From Bdellovibrionales bacterium RIFOXYD12_FULL_39_22 (GTDB lineage: Bacteria; Bdellovibrionota; Bacteriovoracia; Bacteriovoracales; Bacteriovoracaceae), in contig MEQL01000019.1 in the NCBI GenBank assembly GCA_001770205.1, positions 1-45,228 on the forward strand: a DNA stretch of 45,228 bases, read 5' to 3'. The stretch's first letter is position 1. Each line of letters begins with the position of its first letter. The notes beneath the pieces were generated by a model. The model made no database searches. It was not told the DNA's origin and saw only the letters and a list, made by a program, of their open reading frames with translations. Both the position numbers and the translations under genes were made by a program. Shown here in pieces: positions 18,902 to 29,901 of this stretch.

Positions 18902-20455
18902 ATGAATAACGAAATGAAGCTTTTTTCGACAGATTTAGAATCACTAAAGTCAATTTTGTCGTCAACTTTAGACGAGTCAATATTTTTTAATGAATTAGGC
19001 TCATATCTGAAATTAGCACTACAATCGGACAATTATTTGATCTATATGGCCGGGACTGACCTTGCCACTGCCCGCGCCATATATACCGATAAGTCAGCAA
19101 ACACCGATTTAGAAGTTGCCACCATTGCTGGACACGTTATTCGGAGCAAGCGAGCTTATTTTTCAAATGATTTTGCGAGAGATCCACTTTTTTCTGGGCG
19201 GGCCAATAAGTTAACTCGCGCAGAGCTTTGTGCCCCCATTATGTACGAAGGATTAGTGATTGCAACAGTTCATTTACAAAACAGGGGAGAAAAGCAGTTT
19301 ACGCGTAATGACGTAACTTCCGTTTTAGAAATATTGAGTGGTATTTCCGATCCAATTAAAAACATGCAAATGTACTTATCAGCAAAAGCACTCAACGAGA
19401 TACTTCTTAAAAAACTAGAGATGCAAGAGAATGCCATCGCCGGAAAATTAGAGGTGGTCGTTGAAAGCAATTATCAAATCAAAGAAGGAAAAATAATAAG
19501 CCTGTCAGAGGTAATGAAAAATGCGATCAAATTAAGCGATAAGTTAGCGGCCGCCGGGGTCAATGCATTAATTAGTGGGCCAACAGGCAGCGGACGAGAG
19601 ATGCTGGCCAGAAGAATTCATTGTAGAAGTAGTCGCGCCAGCAGAGCATTTATTGTGGTAGATTGTTCAGTTTTGGCAGAAGGTGCGTTAGAGGTGGAGC
19701 TATTTGGGCGATTGGAAAACTCTATTGCCGGAACAGCTGGGCAGCGTGGACTTTTTGAAGTTGCCAATAATGGAACAATCGTTTTGCGAAATATTCACGC
19801 TATTCCGATAAACTTACAAAATAAACTCAATCGTTATTTGCAAGATGGAACCATTGTGCGAGCAGAGTCATTTGCACAGTACTCTTCTAATGCAAGAATT
19901 TTGGCAATCTCAGATAAAAATTTATTAGACATGGTGGCGGCCGGAACTTTTTCTAAGGCCCTTTATAATGAATTGGCCACAATGATTGTTAATGTTCCCT
20001 CTTTGGTTGAAAGAAAAGTAGATATTGAATCGCTTGCCTCTTATTTTTTAAATGAGAATAAATCCATTGATCAGATGAAATCCCTCTCTCCGGATGCGGT
20101 TAGGTTGTTGGCAGAATATAATTGGCCAGGAAATTTACGAGAACTAAAGAGTGTTATGCAGAGGGCATATATTTTGTCTGATGGCCGTATCATTGAGGCC
20201 GATCATTTGGCCGACAGTGTTGTAATTCTTCCCGAGGAAGATGAAAATAAAGAAGTTACTGATAGAGCTAACGATGCCTCTTCTGTGTTTGTTGAGATGA
20301 CGCTAGGAGATTTAGAGCGTAGGCATATTTGTCAAACCCTAGAATATTTGGCCGGAAATAAAACGAAGGCGGCAAAAGCATTAGGCATTACAGTAAAAAC
20401 ATTATATAACAAACTTCATACCTATGGTTTAATCGCATCTCAGGAGATTCAATAA
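18902..20455 (+). CDS. GAF + sigma54-interaction AAA+ + Fis-HTH regulator with degenerate ATPase motifs
   Basis: ELCAPI GAF; YNWPGNLRELK; GNKTKAAKALGITVKTLYNKL; AGGAG RBS before ATG 18902. Confidence 0.85.
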   Translation: MNNEMKLFSTDLESLKSILSSTLDESIFFNELGSYLKLALQSDNYLIYMAGTDLATARAIYTDKSANTDLEVATIAGHVIRSKRAYFSNDFARDPLFSGRANKLTRAELCAPIMYEGLVIATVHLQNRGEKQFTRNDVTSVLEILSGISDPIKNMQMYLSAKALNEILLKKLEMQENAIAGKLEVVVESNYQIKEGKIISLSEVMKNAIKLSDKLAAAGVNALISGPTGSGREMLARRIHCRSSRASRAFIVVDCSVLAEGALEVELFGRLENSIAGTAGQRGLFEVANNGTIVLRNIHAIPINLQNKLNRYLQDGTIVRAESFAQYSSNARILAISDKNLLDMVAAGTFSKALYNELATMIVNVPSLVERKVDIESLASYFLNENKSIDQMKSLSPDAVRLLAEYNWPGNLRELKSVMQRAYILSDGRIIEADHLADSVVILPEEDENKEVTDRANDASSVFVEMTLGDLERRHICQTLEYLAGNKTKAAKALGITVKTLYNKLHTYGLIASQEIQ

Positions 20456-20676
20456 TGACAACAGAAATTGAGCTAATCCCAGAAACCCCGGCAATTGTGG
20501 ATGAAAATTCGGTAATAAATGATTTTCGGCAATCTCGTGATGTGGAAAAATTTTATAGATTTGTTCACGAAAACGATTTGCGAAGAGAAGCAAAACTTTT
20601 GATTAATTCAGTGCTGCAAAGAGTTGCCGCTTTAACGAAGAAAAAGAAGGGACGACCACCTAAAAATGTCCACTAA
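20455..20676 (+). CDS. Small hypothetical protein
   Basis: TAATG coupling and RBS; basic tail KKKGRPPK. Confidence 0.65.
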   Translation: MTTEIELIPETPAIVDENSVINDFRQSRDVEKFYRFVHENDLRREAKLLINSVLQRVAALTKKKKGRPPKNVH

Positions 20677-20818
20677 TTATCTGATTATTCGCGCAAACGT
20701 ATAACTATTTAACTATTGTCTGGTATGCCTAGAGTTTTTACTTTACTTGAATGGCAGTCGTGAGATAAAATTTACCCAGTGGGTCAGGATGGCCTATAAA
20801 AAGACTAAGGGATTGGTC

Positions 20819-21550
20819 ATGAATCTTTCGGGGACAGAAAATCAAAATCAGGCGAATCTTAATTTTTCACGAGATGCTCTTCTGCGTCGCAATGATGGTT
20901 CTTTTTTTAAATTAGACAATGTCTCTTATTCTTATGGAAGCGTTAAGGCGTTATCGCAAGTCTCTTTGGCCATCGGCCGCGGTGAAATCGTCTTTGTAAC
21001 AGGATCTTCAGGTGCAGGCAAAAGCACACTGCTTAAAGTTTTAAAAGAAGAGTTACTGCCAAGTAGTGGAAAAGTTTTTCTTCCAAAATTTTTAAATAGT
21101 CAGATTTTTATTTCAGGAGTTGAGCAGGAGTCAGATTTATTGGGAGATTTTTCCTGTCACGATAACATGGCATTGGCCTATGATCCGACTATATACCGTC
21201 GGAAAAAAGATTTTAATAACGACCTGCAAGATTTAGCAAAATATATTGGTATCACAGACAAACTAGATTTAAAGATTAATAGGTGCAATGGGGGCCTTCG
21301 GCAGAAAGTGGCCATTGCCAGAGCATTATTGGCCAGACCGGATGTTTTTATTGCTGATGAACCAACTAGTTCGTTGGACTATGACAGTTCAAAAAAAATA
21401 TTTGATATTTTAAATGTCTATAATATTAAACGCGGAATGACCATTGTTTGGGCCTCTCATAATCGTGAGCTAGTTAAGCGCTTTACGGGAAGAATTATTC
21501 ATTTAGATAACGGTAAAATAATATATTCGGGGCATGCATGCTTTATTTAA
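20819..21550 (+). CDS. ftsE: FtsE-like ABC ATPase
   Basis: GSSGAGKST, GGLRQKVAIARAL, IADEPT; precedes FtsX-like, M23 and S41 genes. Confidence 0.8.
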   Translation: MNLSGTENQNQANLNFSRDALLRRNDGSFFKLDNVSYSYGSVKALSQVSLAIGRGEIVFVTGSSGAGKSTLLKVLKEELLPSSGKVFLPKFLNSQIFISGVEQESDLLGDFSCHDNMALAYDPTIYRRKKDFNNDLQDLAKYIGITDKLDLKINRCNGGLRQKVAIARALLARPDVFIADEPTSSLDYDSSKKIFDILNVYNIKRGMTIVWASHNRELVKRFTGRIIHLDNGKIIYSGHACFI

Positions 21551-22338
21551 ATGGCCTGTTCTATTTAATTTCAAAATATCCAATCCGGACGTTTGCATAT
21601 TTGCTGGCGACCGTTGTGATGGGATTTGTTTTTTTAGCAGAAGGAGTTTTGGATAAAAAAATAAGCGAACAAATCGCCTTTAAGCTAGATGAGGAGTCCT
21701 ATTTTACGGCACTAATATCGACCAAAGAAAATTATAATATGTTGGTTCGTAAAATGATATATTTACCCGGAGTGGAAAAGGTAAAAGTAATTGGGCCAGA
21801 AGAATTAAATAGCAAAGTAACCAAAGCAATTAGTGCTATGAAAATAAATATTCCGCTAACTGCCGGCGGATTATCTTCTAATTTTGTGGGAATGAAGGTC
21901 TTCTTTAAAGATGGTCTGCGGGACGAAACAAAAGAATTGGTGAGAAATTATCTGGCAAAATTGGCGGGGGAGGCAAATCTCTTTCTCGGTAACAACATAT
22001 CAAACATCGAGCTGTTTAATGGCTATAAGGGGATCTACAATAAGATTAAACAACTATTGCCTGAGGGATTTAAGTTAGCGGCCGTTGTTTTCTGGCTCTA
22101 TTGCGTGAGTATTATGCGTTCCCCCTTTTTAGCAATTTTTATGGTGGCCCAGAAATATCAGCGTTCAAAAAATCTGGCCCTTAAGGCCTCCGCCTTGGCC
22201 AATGCGGTTATTTTGGGATTGATATTTTTGGGAATAACTATGGCACAGATATCAATTAACTATATTAATCTAGCGATGTTGGGAGGAGTTATTATTGCTG
22301 GAACCGTATATATGTCAAAGAAAATGTCATGGGTATAA
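21538..22338 (+). CDS. Divergent FtsX-like permease
   Basis: TM-periplasmic-3TM topology; LPGVEKVKVI; position after ftsE. Confidence 0.6.
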   Translation: MLYLNGLFYLISKYPIRTFAYLLATVVMGFVFLAEGVLDKKISEQIAFKLDEESYFTALISTKENYNMLVRKMIYLPGVEKVKVIGPEELNSKVTKAISAMKINIPLTAGGLSSNFVGMKVFFKDGLRDETKELVRNYLAKLAGEANLFLGNNISNIELFNGYKGIYNKIKQLLPEGFKLAAVVFWLYCVSIMRSPFLAIFMVAQKYQRSKNLALKASALANAVILGLIFLGITMAQISINYINLAMLGGVIIAGTVYMSKKMSWV

Positions 22339-23411
22339 TTTATAAGTTAATAACAATCATCTCGCTATTTTCTACACCATTTTTTTATGTTCCCGCCGCT
22401 CTCAATCGTGAGGCCTCAGAGCAATTAATAAAGGCGGAAGGGGAAAAGGAAAAAGTTGGAATTAATCTAAAAGAACAGATAAAAAGAATTGCCGATATTG
22501 CGGAAAAAATTAAAGAATTAGAAGGGGATTTAGACAATAAAAACCGAGAGTATATTGATCTTATCGAAGGTCGGAAAAATTTAGATATAGACTTAGAGAT
22601 TGCGGCAAAAGAGCTAGAAGATTTAGCAATCAAAATAGAACAAACACAAAAGTCGGCCCAGACGGTGTTGAACGGAATTGTTGTCGGCACTTTAAATGAT
22701 TTTCAAGAAGAGAGTGATTTAATTGTTAACCAACTTTTGGAGCAAGAAGTTAAGAAGCTCCTAGAAGAACTTGCGCCGCTGAAAGTAGCTATAGTTGAGA
22801 AGAAAGGCCAGGTCGAACAACTGCAGAGTAAAATAGAAGAAATAAATCGCAATTGTCTAGACATAGAGTCGGCCATTCGTGGAATGGAAGACGAAAAACA
22901 AAATTATGCTAGCGAATATGTTGGACTAGTAAACAGTCGAGATGAAATATGGAGTGATATCAAGAATAATAAAATACAAAAGCAACTGGCCGCCACCCGG
23001 CCAGTGGGCAATTTAGATCAAAAACTTCTTGAGGCGCCAGTTCGAAATTATACACAGCTAGATTACAACAAGAAGGGAATAACCTATAAAACAAAAGGTG
23101 TCGTTCCCCTATATTCTGGGGGGAAAGGAGAGGTCGTTTATCAGGGAGAACTTTCCACCTACGGCAATTTAGTGATTATTGATCATGGTAACGATCTGCG
23201 CTCAGTCGTTTTAGGTGATTTTATTGCTAAAGTAAAAAAGGGAGATGTGATGGACAAGGGGGATATCCTGGGATACACCGCAAGCAAAGCAGCACAATTT
23301 GGGAAAGTATATTTTGAAGTTAGGATAAAAGACAAAGCACAAAATACCATTGAGTTTGTCGAGCGAGAATCACTAACTTCAAATAGTATTACAGAAAAAA
23401 AGAAGATATAA
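22329..23411 (+). CDS. envC: EnvC-like murein hydrolase activator (coiled coil plus degenerate M23)
   Basis: Long coiled coil; GEVVYQGELSTYGNLVIIDHG...VKKGD...VYFEVR. Confidence 0.75.
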   Translation: MGIIYKLITIISLFSTPFFYVPAALNREASEQLIKAEGEKEKVGINLKEQIKRIADIAEKIKELEGDLDNKNREYIDLIEGRKNLDIDLEIAAKELEDLAIKIEQTQKSAQTVLNGIVVGTLNDFQEESDLIVNQLLEQEVKKLLEELAPLKVAIVEKKGQVEQLQSKIEEINRNCLDIESAIRGMEDEKQNYASEYVGLVNSRDEIWSDIKNNKIQKQLAATRPVGNLDQKLLEAPVRNYTQLDYNKKGITYKTKGVVPLYSGGKGEVVYQGELSTYGNLVIIDHGNDLRSVVLGDFIAKVKKGDVMDKGDILGYTASKAAQFGKVYFEVRIKDKAQNTIEFVERESLTSNSITEKKKI

Positions 23412-23441
23412 TCAACTACGTAATTTAAAAACAACTCAATC

Positions 23442-24881
23442 ATGATGAGTATAGGATGGTCACGTATGCTTTTAGTCAGAGGTTTATTGTTTGTTGCTTG
23501 TTTTTCATATTCCATTTCGATGGCCGTCGAGAAGAAAGTTGATGACGCACAAATTAAGTCGCGCTTTGAGACGCTTGAGTTATTTAACAAAGTATTGCAT
23601 ACCATCGAAACACAGTACTATCGAGAAGTGGATACAGATAAATTAATTCAAGGCGCCCTCAAGGGGATGATGGACACGCTAGACCCTCACTCAGCATTTT
23701 TAGATAAGAATGTTTTTGAAAAGATGCAGGAAGATACGAAGGGAGAATTCGGAGGCCTTGGTATTGAAGTTACTCAGAGAGATGGAGTAATTGTCATTAT
23801 CACCCCGATAGAGGACTCTCCGGCCTTTAATGCAGGACTGTTGCCCGGAGACAAAATTATAGAAATTAATCATGAAAACGTGGTGGGTATTTCGCTTGAG
23901 AAAGCAATTGATATGATGAAAGGAGATAAAAAAAGCAAGGTTAATTTAGGTATAGTTCGAGAAGGATCAGATGTTACAAAATATTTTACTATTAAACGGG
24001 AAATTATAAAAACCAAGGCCATAAAAACACAGCTTCTGGGTGATAATATTATCTATTTGCGCTTGTCACAATTCCAACAACGAGCTGGGCAGGAAGTCGA
24101 AGACGCCATAAAAAAACATTATGCAGAATTAGGTAAATCCAAAAAAACACCTCGGGGTGTAGTTTTAGATTTACGCTTTAATCCCGGAGGCCTCTTAGAA
24201 GAGGCCGTAAATGTGGCGTCAATATTTTTGAAAGATGGAATTGTTGTTTCAACAGAAGGGCGCAATAAAAATGAAAAAGAATTTCGTTACGTAAAAAAAG
24301 ATCTCTATAAAGAATTAAAATTGCCCTTGGCCGTTTTGATTAATGGCGCCTCTGCCTCTGCCTCAGAAATTGTTGCGGGTGCCATTCAAGATGCTAAGCG
24401 CGGATTGATTATGGGAACACGTTCTTTTGGAAAGGGCTCTGTTCAGCAAGTATCAAAAATAGATGATGAAAAGGGATTGAAGTTGACTATTGCGCAATAT
24501 ATGACTCCAAACGGAAAAAAAATTCAGGCCATTGGAATTAGGCCAGATGTTGAGTTGGGAGAAATTGATTCGTCGTGGTTAAATAAGCATTATAAGAATA
24601 CTAATTTTTTAAGAGAGAAAGATTTGCGCAATCATTTGACCGCAACAAAAGAAACTGCCGAGGAAAAAGTTGTACGAGAAGAGATGGAAAAGGAAGAGCG
24701 AATTGCTAGAGCAGAGAGCTTGGAAGAAAGTAAGCGCAAAAAGAGCGAACAAGATTCAGAGGAAAAAGATCAGATATTTAAAAAATATGAACCAGCGGAA
24801 GATTATCAAGTGGTGCAGGCCGTAAATTATTTACAAAGCTTTGATCTGTTTTTAGAGATAAAATTACCTGCAAACAAATAA
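23442..24881 (+). CDS. ctpA: C-terminal processing protease (S41A, PDZ)
   Basis: LDPHS, GEFGGLGIEV, LDLRFNPGG, SASASEIVAG, FGKGSVQ. Confidence 0.95.
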   Translation: MMSIGWSRMLLVRGLLFVACFSYSISMAVEKKVDDAQIKSRFETLELFNKVLHTIETQYYREVDTDKLIQGALKGMMDTLDPHSAFLDKNVFEKMQEDTKGEFGGLGIEVTQRDGVIVIITPIEDSPAFNAGLLPGDKIIEINHENVVGISLEKAIDMMKGDKKSKVNLGIVREGSDVTKYFTIKREIIKTKAIKTQLLGDNIIYLRLSQFQQRAGQEVEDAIKKHYAELGKSKKTPRGVVLDLRFNPGGLLEEAVNVASIFLKDGIVVSTEGRNKNEKEFRYVKKDLYKELKLPLAVLINGASASASEIVAGAIQDAKRGLIMGTRSFGKGSVQQVSKIDDEKGLKLTIAQYMTPNGKKIQAIGIRPDVELGEIDSSWLNKHYKNTNFLREKDLRNHLTATKETAEEKVVREEMEKEERIARAESLEESKRKKSEQDSEEKDQIFKKYEPAEDYQVVQAVNYLQSFDLFLEIKLPANK

Positions 24882-24983
24882 ATAATAATTGTCACAACGA
24901 GAAGAACCTTTTTTGCCGCCTTAGATTAGACAGGTAATGATGTATAATTTAACCAAGGCAAGATAAGAATTAGAGGTATTTCT

Positions 24984-26894
24984 ATGATAGAAAGTGACTC
25001 ATCATTTTTGTACACAGTCATATTAATTGGAACAATTGTTAACGCTATAGTTTTTATACTTTTTTCTGGCAAGAGACGCGATTACATTTTAAATGGCGTT
25101 TCTACTAAGGCCAAGATGATGGCCATTGCTGTTTGTGTGCAGGTAGTAGTCGTATTGTTAATCAGTTACGTTATAAGCTCAATGAGTAGCATAAGTGATG
25201 AAGTAGAAAAATTGGCCGAAGAAGATATTTCAATGCAAAAAATGTTAACTAAAATAACCGGAATGGAATTGCAAAAAGCAATGCTAATTGAGCGTGCGAT
25301 GTATAATTGTGAATCCGCTCAAAAAGATGCATTAAAAAAAGACGAAAACGATTATTACTATACTACTTCGCTGATAACTACAGAGGCCCGTTCGGCAGAG
25401 ACTTTAGCAGAAAATATTGTACGTAGCTCTGTAATTTTGAAAGTGCAAAACGAATTTAGTTCCCTGAGTGCCTCCCTAAAAGAAATGGAGTCTAAAGACA
25501 AACAGATCGACAAAGAGGCCGGAAAACTATTTAGCTGTTTGGTAGATGGTAACATCGAAAGTGCTCGCAAGGCCTACGCAGTAATGCAACTAGAGCAAAA
25601 AGGAATCGATGATAGCATGGCGCAGGCCTTAGAAAAAATTGCCAAGTTTACTGATGTTGGCATAAAGACAGTGGAAGAGCACGGTAAGATGACAACAAAA
25701 GTTTTAATTGCGATAGGATTGTCACTGCTGATTCTAATTGCCTTCTCTGCCATCTCCATATCGCAAAATATTTTAAATGTTTTAGGGGGAGAGCCCCAAG
25801 ATATGGCAGAGATTGCCAATAAAATTGCTGGCGGAGATTTAACGGTTGAGGTGGACAAGTCCGTAATTGGTAAGGCCAGTCTGAATGGTGCTCTGGTTAA
25901 GATGGTGGTTGGTTTAAGAGACATGATTAAAAATATTATGCTGGCATCAGACACGATGATTGCCGAGAGCTCAAAATTATCCGCAGTATCTGAGCAGATG
26001 GCCGCGGGCGCAGAAGAATTAAGCAATCAGGCCAATGTGACATCTTCTGCAACAGAGCAAATTTCTGCTAATGTCAACGCAATATCGGGTGCTGCCAGAA
26101 CCATGTCGCAAAACACTACGGATATTGCGGCCGCTTCGGAGGAGATGTCTAGCAGCGTCAGTTCAGTTGCAGGCGCCGTAGAAGAACTATCGGCGTCCAT
26201 ACAGGAGGTAGCGCACAGTTGTTCACAGGCCCTGGCCTTAGCAGAGTCATCAAGTAAAAGCAGTAATGAGGCCATTGCAAAGATGAATATGCTTAATCAG
26301 TCTGCCAAGGATATTGGTAATATTGTTAAAGTCATTAATGCAATTTCGGAACAGACAAATCTGTTGGCCATTAATGCCACGATTGAGGCCGCGCGCGCAG
26401 GCGAGGCCGGAAAAGGATTTGCGGTCGTTGCTAATGAGGTAAAAGATCTTGCCAAACAAACTGGAGATTCGACAAAGAGTATTGCAAAACAAATCGAACA
26501 GATACAATCGCAAACGGCAAAGGTTGTCGATGTAAATAATAAAATTGCCGAGAGTAATAAAAAGGTTAGCGATATTACAAAAAGTATTGCGCTGGCCATG
26601 GATCAACAAACCTCTACCGCGCATGATATTTCTGCTTCCGTCTCTGGCGCGGCCCAAGGCGCAGATAGTGTTTCTAGAACAATTAATAGCTTGGCGGTTA
26701 ATATTGAAGAAGAGGTTATCACAGCACTCAAAGAGGCCAGTACCGGCATTAGTGAAATTGCAGTTAATATAAATGGGGTGCAGTCTGTTGCCCAGGAGTC
26801 AGCGCAAGGAGCTGCTTCAGTAAGTAACGCAACTCAGGAAATTGTACAATTGGCTGAGCAACTATCTGGTTATGTCAGACAGTTTAGATTATAA
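24984..26894 (+). CDS. Methyl-accepting chemotaxis protein
   Basis: [36 protein letters not shown]-sensor-TM layout. Confidence 0.95.
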   Translation: MIESDSSFLYTVILIGTIVNAIVFILFSGKRRDYILNGVSTKAKMMAIAVCVQVVVVLLISYVISSMSSISDEVEKLAEEDISMQKMLTKITGMELQKAMLIERAMYNCESAQKDALKKDENDYYYTTSLITTEARSAETLAENIVRSSVILKVQNEFSSLSASLKEMESKDKQIDKEAGKLFSCLVDGNIESARKAYAVMQLEQKGIDDSMAQALEKIAKFTDVGIKTVEEHGKMTTKVLIAIGLSLLILIAFSAISISQNILNVLGGEPQDMAEIANKIAGGDLTVEVDKSVIGKASLNGALVKMVVGLRDMIKNIMLASDTMIAESSKLSAVSEQMAAGAEELSNQANVTSSATEQISANVNAISGAARTMSQNTTDIAAASEEMSSSVSSVAGAVEELSASIQEVAHSCSQALALAESSSKSSNEAIAKMNMLNQSAKDIGNIVKVINAISEQTNLLAINATIEAARAGEAGKGFAVVANEVKDLAKQTGDSTKSIAKQIEQIQSQTAKVVDVNNKIAESNKKVSDITKSIALAMDQQTSTAHDISASVSGAAQGADSVSRTINSLAVNIEEEVITALKEASTGISEIAVNINGVQSVAQESAQGAASVSNATQEIVQLAEQLSGYVRQFRL

Positions 26895-26902
26895 TTTTCA
26901 AC

Positions 26903-28189
26903 ATGTTTCCCCCAAAATTAAGCGTATCAGAACTTGTTTTTAAAATTAAATATTCATTAGAGAATGAATTTCGCTCCATATGTGTGGAAGGAGAAATAAG
27001 CAATCTATCAAAATCGGCCAACGGCCATTGGTATTTTTCAGTAATTGATAAAGACTCCACTCTAAACTGTGCTCTTTTTAAAATGAATGCTCAACGAAAC
27101 CCACAAATTGATAAATTTAAAGACGGTGATTTGGTGTTATGTGTAGGTGACATAAGTGTCTATCCTCCTCGGGGATCATTTCAACTTATTGCTCGCCAAG
27201 TCCTTCCGGCCGGAGTTGGGGATCAACGACAAAAATTTGAAGAACTAAAAAAGAAATTAGGTGCGGAGGGATTATTTGATATAGACCGGAAAAAGAAAAT
27301 TCCTGATTATCCACAAAAAATTGCCATCATAACTTCTCCAACAGGTGCGGCCATTTTTGATTTTTTAAATATTGTTAAAAGGCGTTCTTTATGGATGGAT
27401 GTTTTAATTATTCCCGCTATTATGCAGGGAGGAGAATGCTCTTCATCAGTAATTTTTGCTATAGATTTAGCATTAAAATATAATGCTCTCAATCCAACCG
27501 CCAAAATTGATTTATTGGTGGTGGCCCGCGGAGGTGGATCAGCAGAGGATTTAGGTGGGTTCAATGATGAAAGGTTGGCCAGAAGAGTTGCTAATTGCGA
27601 AATTCCAACAATAAGCGCTATTGGCCATGAAGTGGATTATACCATATTAGATTTTGTGGCAGATGTTCGCGCAGAGACTCCATCTGCTGCCGCCGAAATG
27701 GTAACCGGTCGACAAATGGAAGTTGTGCGCACTCTCTCAAATTTGCACCGAAGAATGTTATCTGGGATAGATGGAAAACTAATGAGGCAAAAGAGTAAAC
27801 TAGAGTCATTGCGGCCAGCAGTCTATAAAGACAATTTATCGGCCAAGCTTAATGGGTATTATAAAAGTTTACAGCGAATAAACTTAGCAGATCGCGCAGA
27901 AAAATTACTTAGCATTGATGAGCGATGGATGGCATTTGATGATCTTCATCGACGGTTAACTAATTCGATGCAAAATAAATTAGAGCGCTTAGAACAAAGA
28001 TTAGAAAAGCGATATAGCGTTTTGGCCGCGATAAATCCAGAAAGTGTTTTGCGGCGTGGCTATGCAATTATTCGCAATGGACAACAAGGGCCACTAATAA
28101 CGTCTAAGGAGCGGTTTGACTTAATGGCCGAAAAGGAGCTAGAGATTATTTTTAGTGATGGGAAAGTAAAGGCCATGAAGAAGGAATAA
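26903..28189 (+). CDS. xseA: Exodeoxyribonuclease VII large subunit
   Basis: VEGEISN, GHWYFS, ARGGGSAEDL, ISAIGHEVD, AETPSAAAE. Confidence 0.97.
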   Translation: MFPPKLSVSELVFKIKYSLENEFRSICVEGEISNLSKSANGHWYFSVIDKDSTLNCALFKMNAQRNPQIDKFKDGDLVLCVGDISVYPPRGSFQLIARQVLPAGVGDQRQKFEELKKKLGAEGLFDIDRKKKIPDYPQKIAIITSPTGAAIFDFLNIVKRRSLWMDVLIIPAIMQGGECSSSVIFAIDLALKYNALNPTAKIDLLVVARGGGSAEDLGGFNDERLARRVANCEIPTISAIGHEVDYTILDFVADVRAETPSAAAEMVTGRQMEVVRTLSNLHRRMLSGIDGKLMRQKSKLESLRPAVYKDNLSAKLNGYYKSLQRINLADRAEKLLSIDERWMAFDDLHRRLTNSMQNKLERLEQRLEKRYSVLAAINPESVLRRGYAIIRNGQQGPLITSKERFDLMAEKELEIIFSDGKVKAMKKE

Positions 28190-29901
28190 TGCAACTTGAT
28201 TGGGGAAAATTAAAAAAACGCATTGGCCGTCGGTTGTTTCCAATTATAATTCAAGATGATTTACCAATTAAAACAGAGATTGTCAGATTGCTGCAAGAGC
28301 GACTTATATTTTCCGATCAGATAATAGAAGAGCGAGGATTAAAAGAGCTTACTAAAATAAAAAGAGGAATTATTTTTCAAAGTTCTACTGGTTGTGTTGT
28401 GATAAAAATGAAAAGAGGCAGAGAGTGTTTGGAAATACCTGTAACGTGTAACTCGGAAGCAGAGCTTAGATCTAGTATTTTAAAAATTGCGACCGTAGAA
28501 AAAAAACTTCTTGATTTAGAAATAAGCAAGTATCTACTCAAAGATTTATTATTAACATTTAATTTTTTTCAAAAAAAGAGAGAAATTGAATCGGCGATTG
28601 TAAATTATGAAAATGGAAAAATAGATAATGATCGTGAAGAATACAATCAATTCATTGATGAAATAACTGAGCTGTTGGCCGGCATCTTGCCACTATCAGA
28701 AAATAGCGTAGAGAGAATTTCCCAGAACCTTCTTACAAGTCGAAGTATTGGGCCAATCGAGGAGATAGCTTTTCTGGACATTCACTTGGCCGTGGATTTC
28801 TTTGATAAAAATGTTAATAACTTTGAAAATTATTCCCTAATTCCCTATAAGCAAACAAATCAGACACTCTATCTTTTAATTCGTTTCAATAATAAATTTT
28901 TAAAAAATAGAAATTTTATAATCTATCTAGTCTCATTAGTGGTGCACAATCTTTTCGCACTTGATGAATATTTACAAAGTGGCAGAGATGGTTTTATCGA
29001 TGCAGAAGTAGAATTTAATTTAATAACAATGCCATTTGCTCTAATATCCGCCGGAGGAGAGTTGTTATTGCATAATTCTTTATTTTTGCGATTAAACCTT
29101 CTACCCAATAGATGCTTAGCGACAGAAGACAATGCGAGCATTGAAGTCAGCGGCGATCTCTACACGATTATCAAGCGGCCAGTTGAGACAAGTGAGGCGG
29201 AAGTAGCATACAGATTTCTTTTTATAAAATCCGATTTCTTTGAAAAAAAAATGATCGGTCAAGTTAGTGCCAAAGAAATGGGAGTAATAACCAGTTCCTT
29301 GGCGCACGAACTTAATAACCCTATAGCTGGCATCCTGGCCACGATTGAGATGTTGTTACTAGAAGGCTTTTGGAAAGAGAGCGAAATAGCACAGTTAAAA
29401 GAAATGAAAAACAGTGCTTATAGATGCAAACAGCTAATCAATGTATTTTTGGGATTTTCTAGAGTGCAAGCTAATTTCCCACAAGAAAACATTCTAGAAG
29501 AGGCCTTTAGGGAAGCGCTAAGTTTGCTCAGATTTCGGATGATAGAATCAAATATTATTTTAGATATAAAATTTGAAGAAGGTTCAAAGTTTTCTTATAA
29601 TTTAAATATATCACTGGTTTCAATGATTGTTTATATGATCTTGTCGGAAGTAGTTACTTCCATTTCTCAATACGATCTTATCGCACCAAATGTTTCACAA
29701 GGGAGTCGAAATAGGAGAGTTGAAGGAGTGTTGCTACAAAGTGAATATGATGCAAAGTTAATGTTTGAAAACAAATTAGGGCCAGCGCCAAAAATTTTAG
29801 AGTCAAAACTTTTATGTTACTTACTAGAAACGGCAAACTTGAAAGTAGATTTTAGAGATAATATCATTGTGTTTGCTGGCCGAAACGCAAGTCTTTTTTA
29901 A
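28189..29901 (+). CDS. Histidine-kinase-like protein (HisKA H-box, degenerate ATPase domain)
   Basis: SSLAHELNNPIAGI; no recognisable N/G1/G2 boxes downstream. Confidence 0.7.
   Translation: MQLDWGKLKKRIGRRLFPIIIQDDLPIKTEIVRLLQERLIFSDQIIEERGLKELTKIKRGIIFQSSTGCVVIKMKRGRECLEIPVTCNSEAELRSSILKIATVEKKLLDLEISKYLLKDLLLTFNFFQKKREIESAIVNYENGKIDNDREEYNQFIDEITELLAGILPLSENSVERISQNLLTSRSIGPIEEIAFLDIHLAVDFFDKNVNNFENYSLIPYKQTNQTLYLLIRFNNKFLKNRNFIIYLVSLVVHNLFALDEYLQSGRDGFIDAEVEFNLITMPFALISAGGELLLHNSLFLRLNLLPNRCLATEDNASIEVSGDLYTIIKRPVETSEAEVAYRFLFIKSDFFEKKMIGQVSAKEMGVITSSLAHELNNPIAGILATIEMLLLEGFWKESEIAQLKEMKNSAYRCKQLINVFLGFSRVQANFPQENILEEAFREALSLLRFRMIESNIILDIKFEEGSKFSYNLNISLVSMIVYMILSEVVTSISQYDLIAPNVSQGSRNRRVEGVLLQSEYDAKLMFENKLGPAPKILESKLLCYLLETANLKVDFRDNIIVFAGRNASLF

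Noticed and set aside
25358..26772. Several antisense or alternative-frame ORFs inside the MCP, and similar shadows in other core genes
   Set aside because: Fully overlapped by well-supported genes
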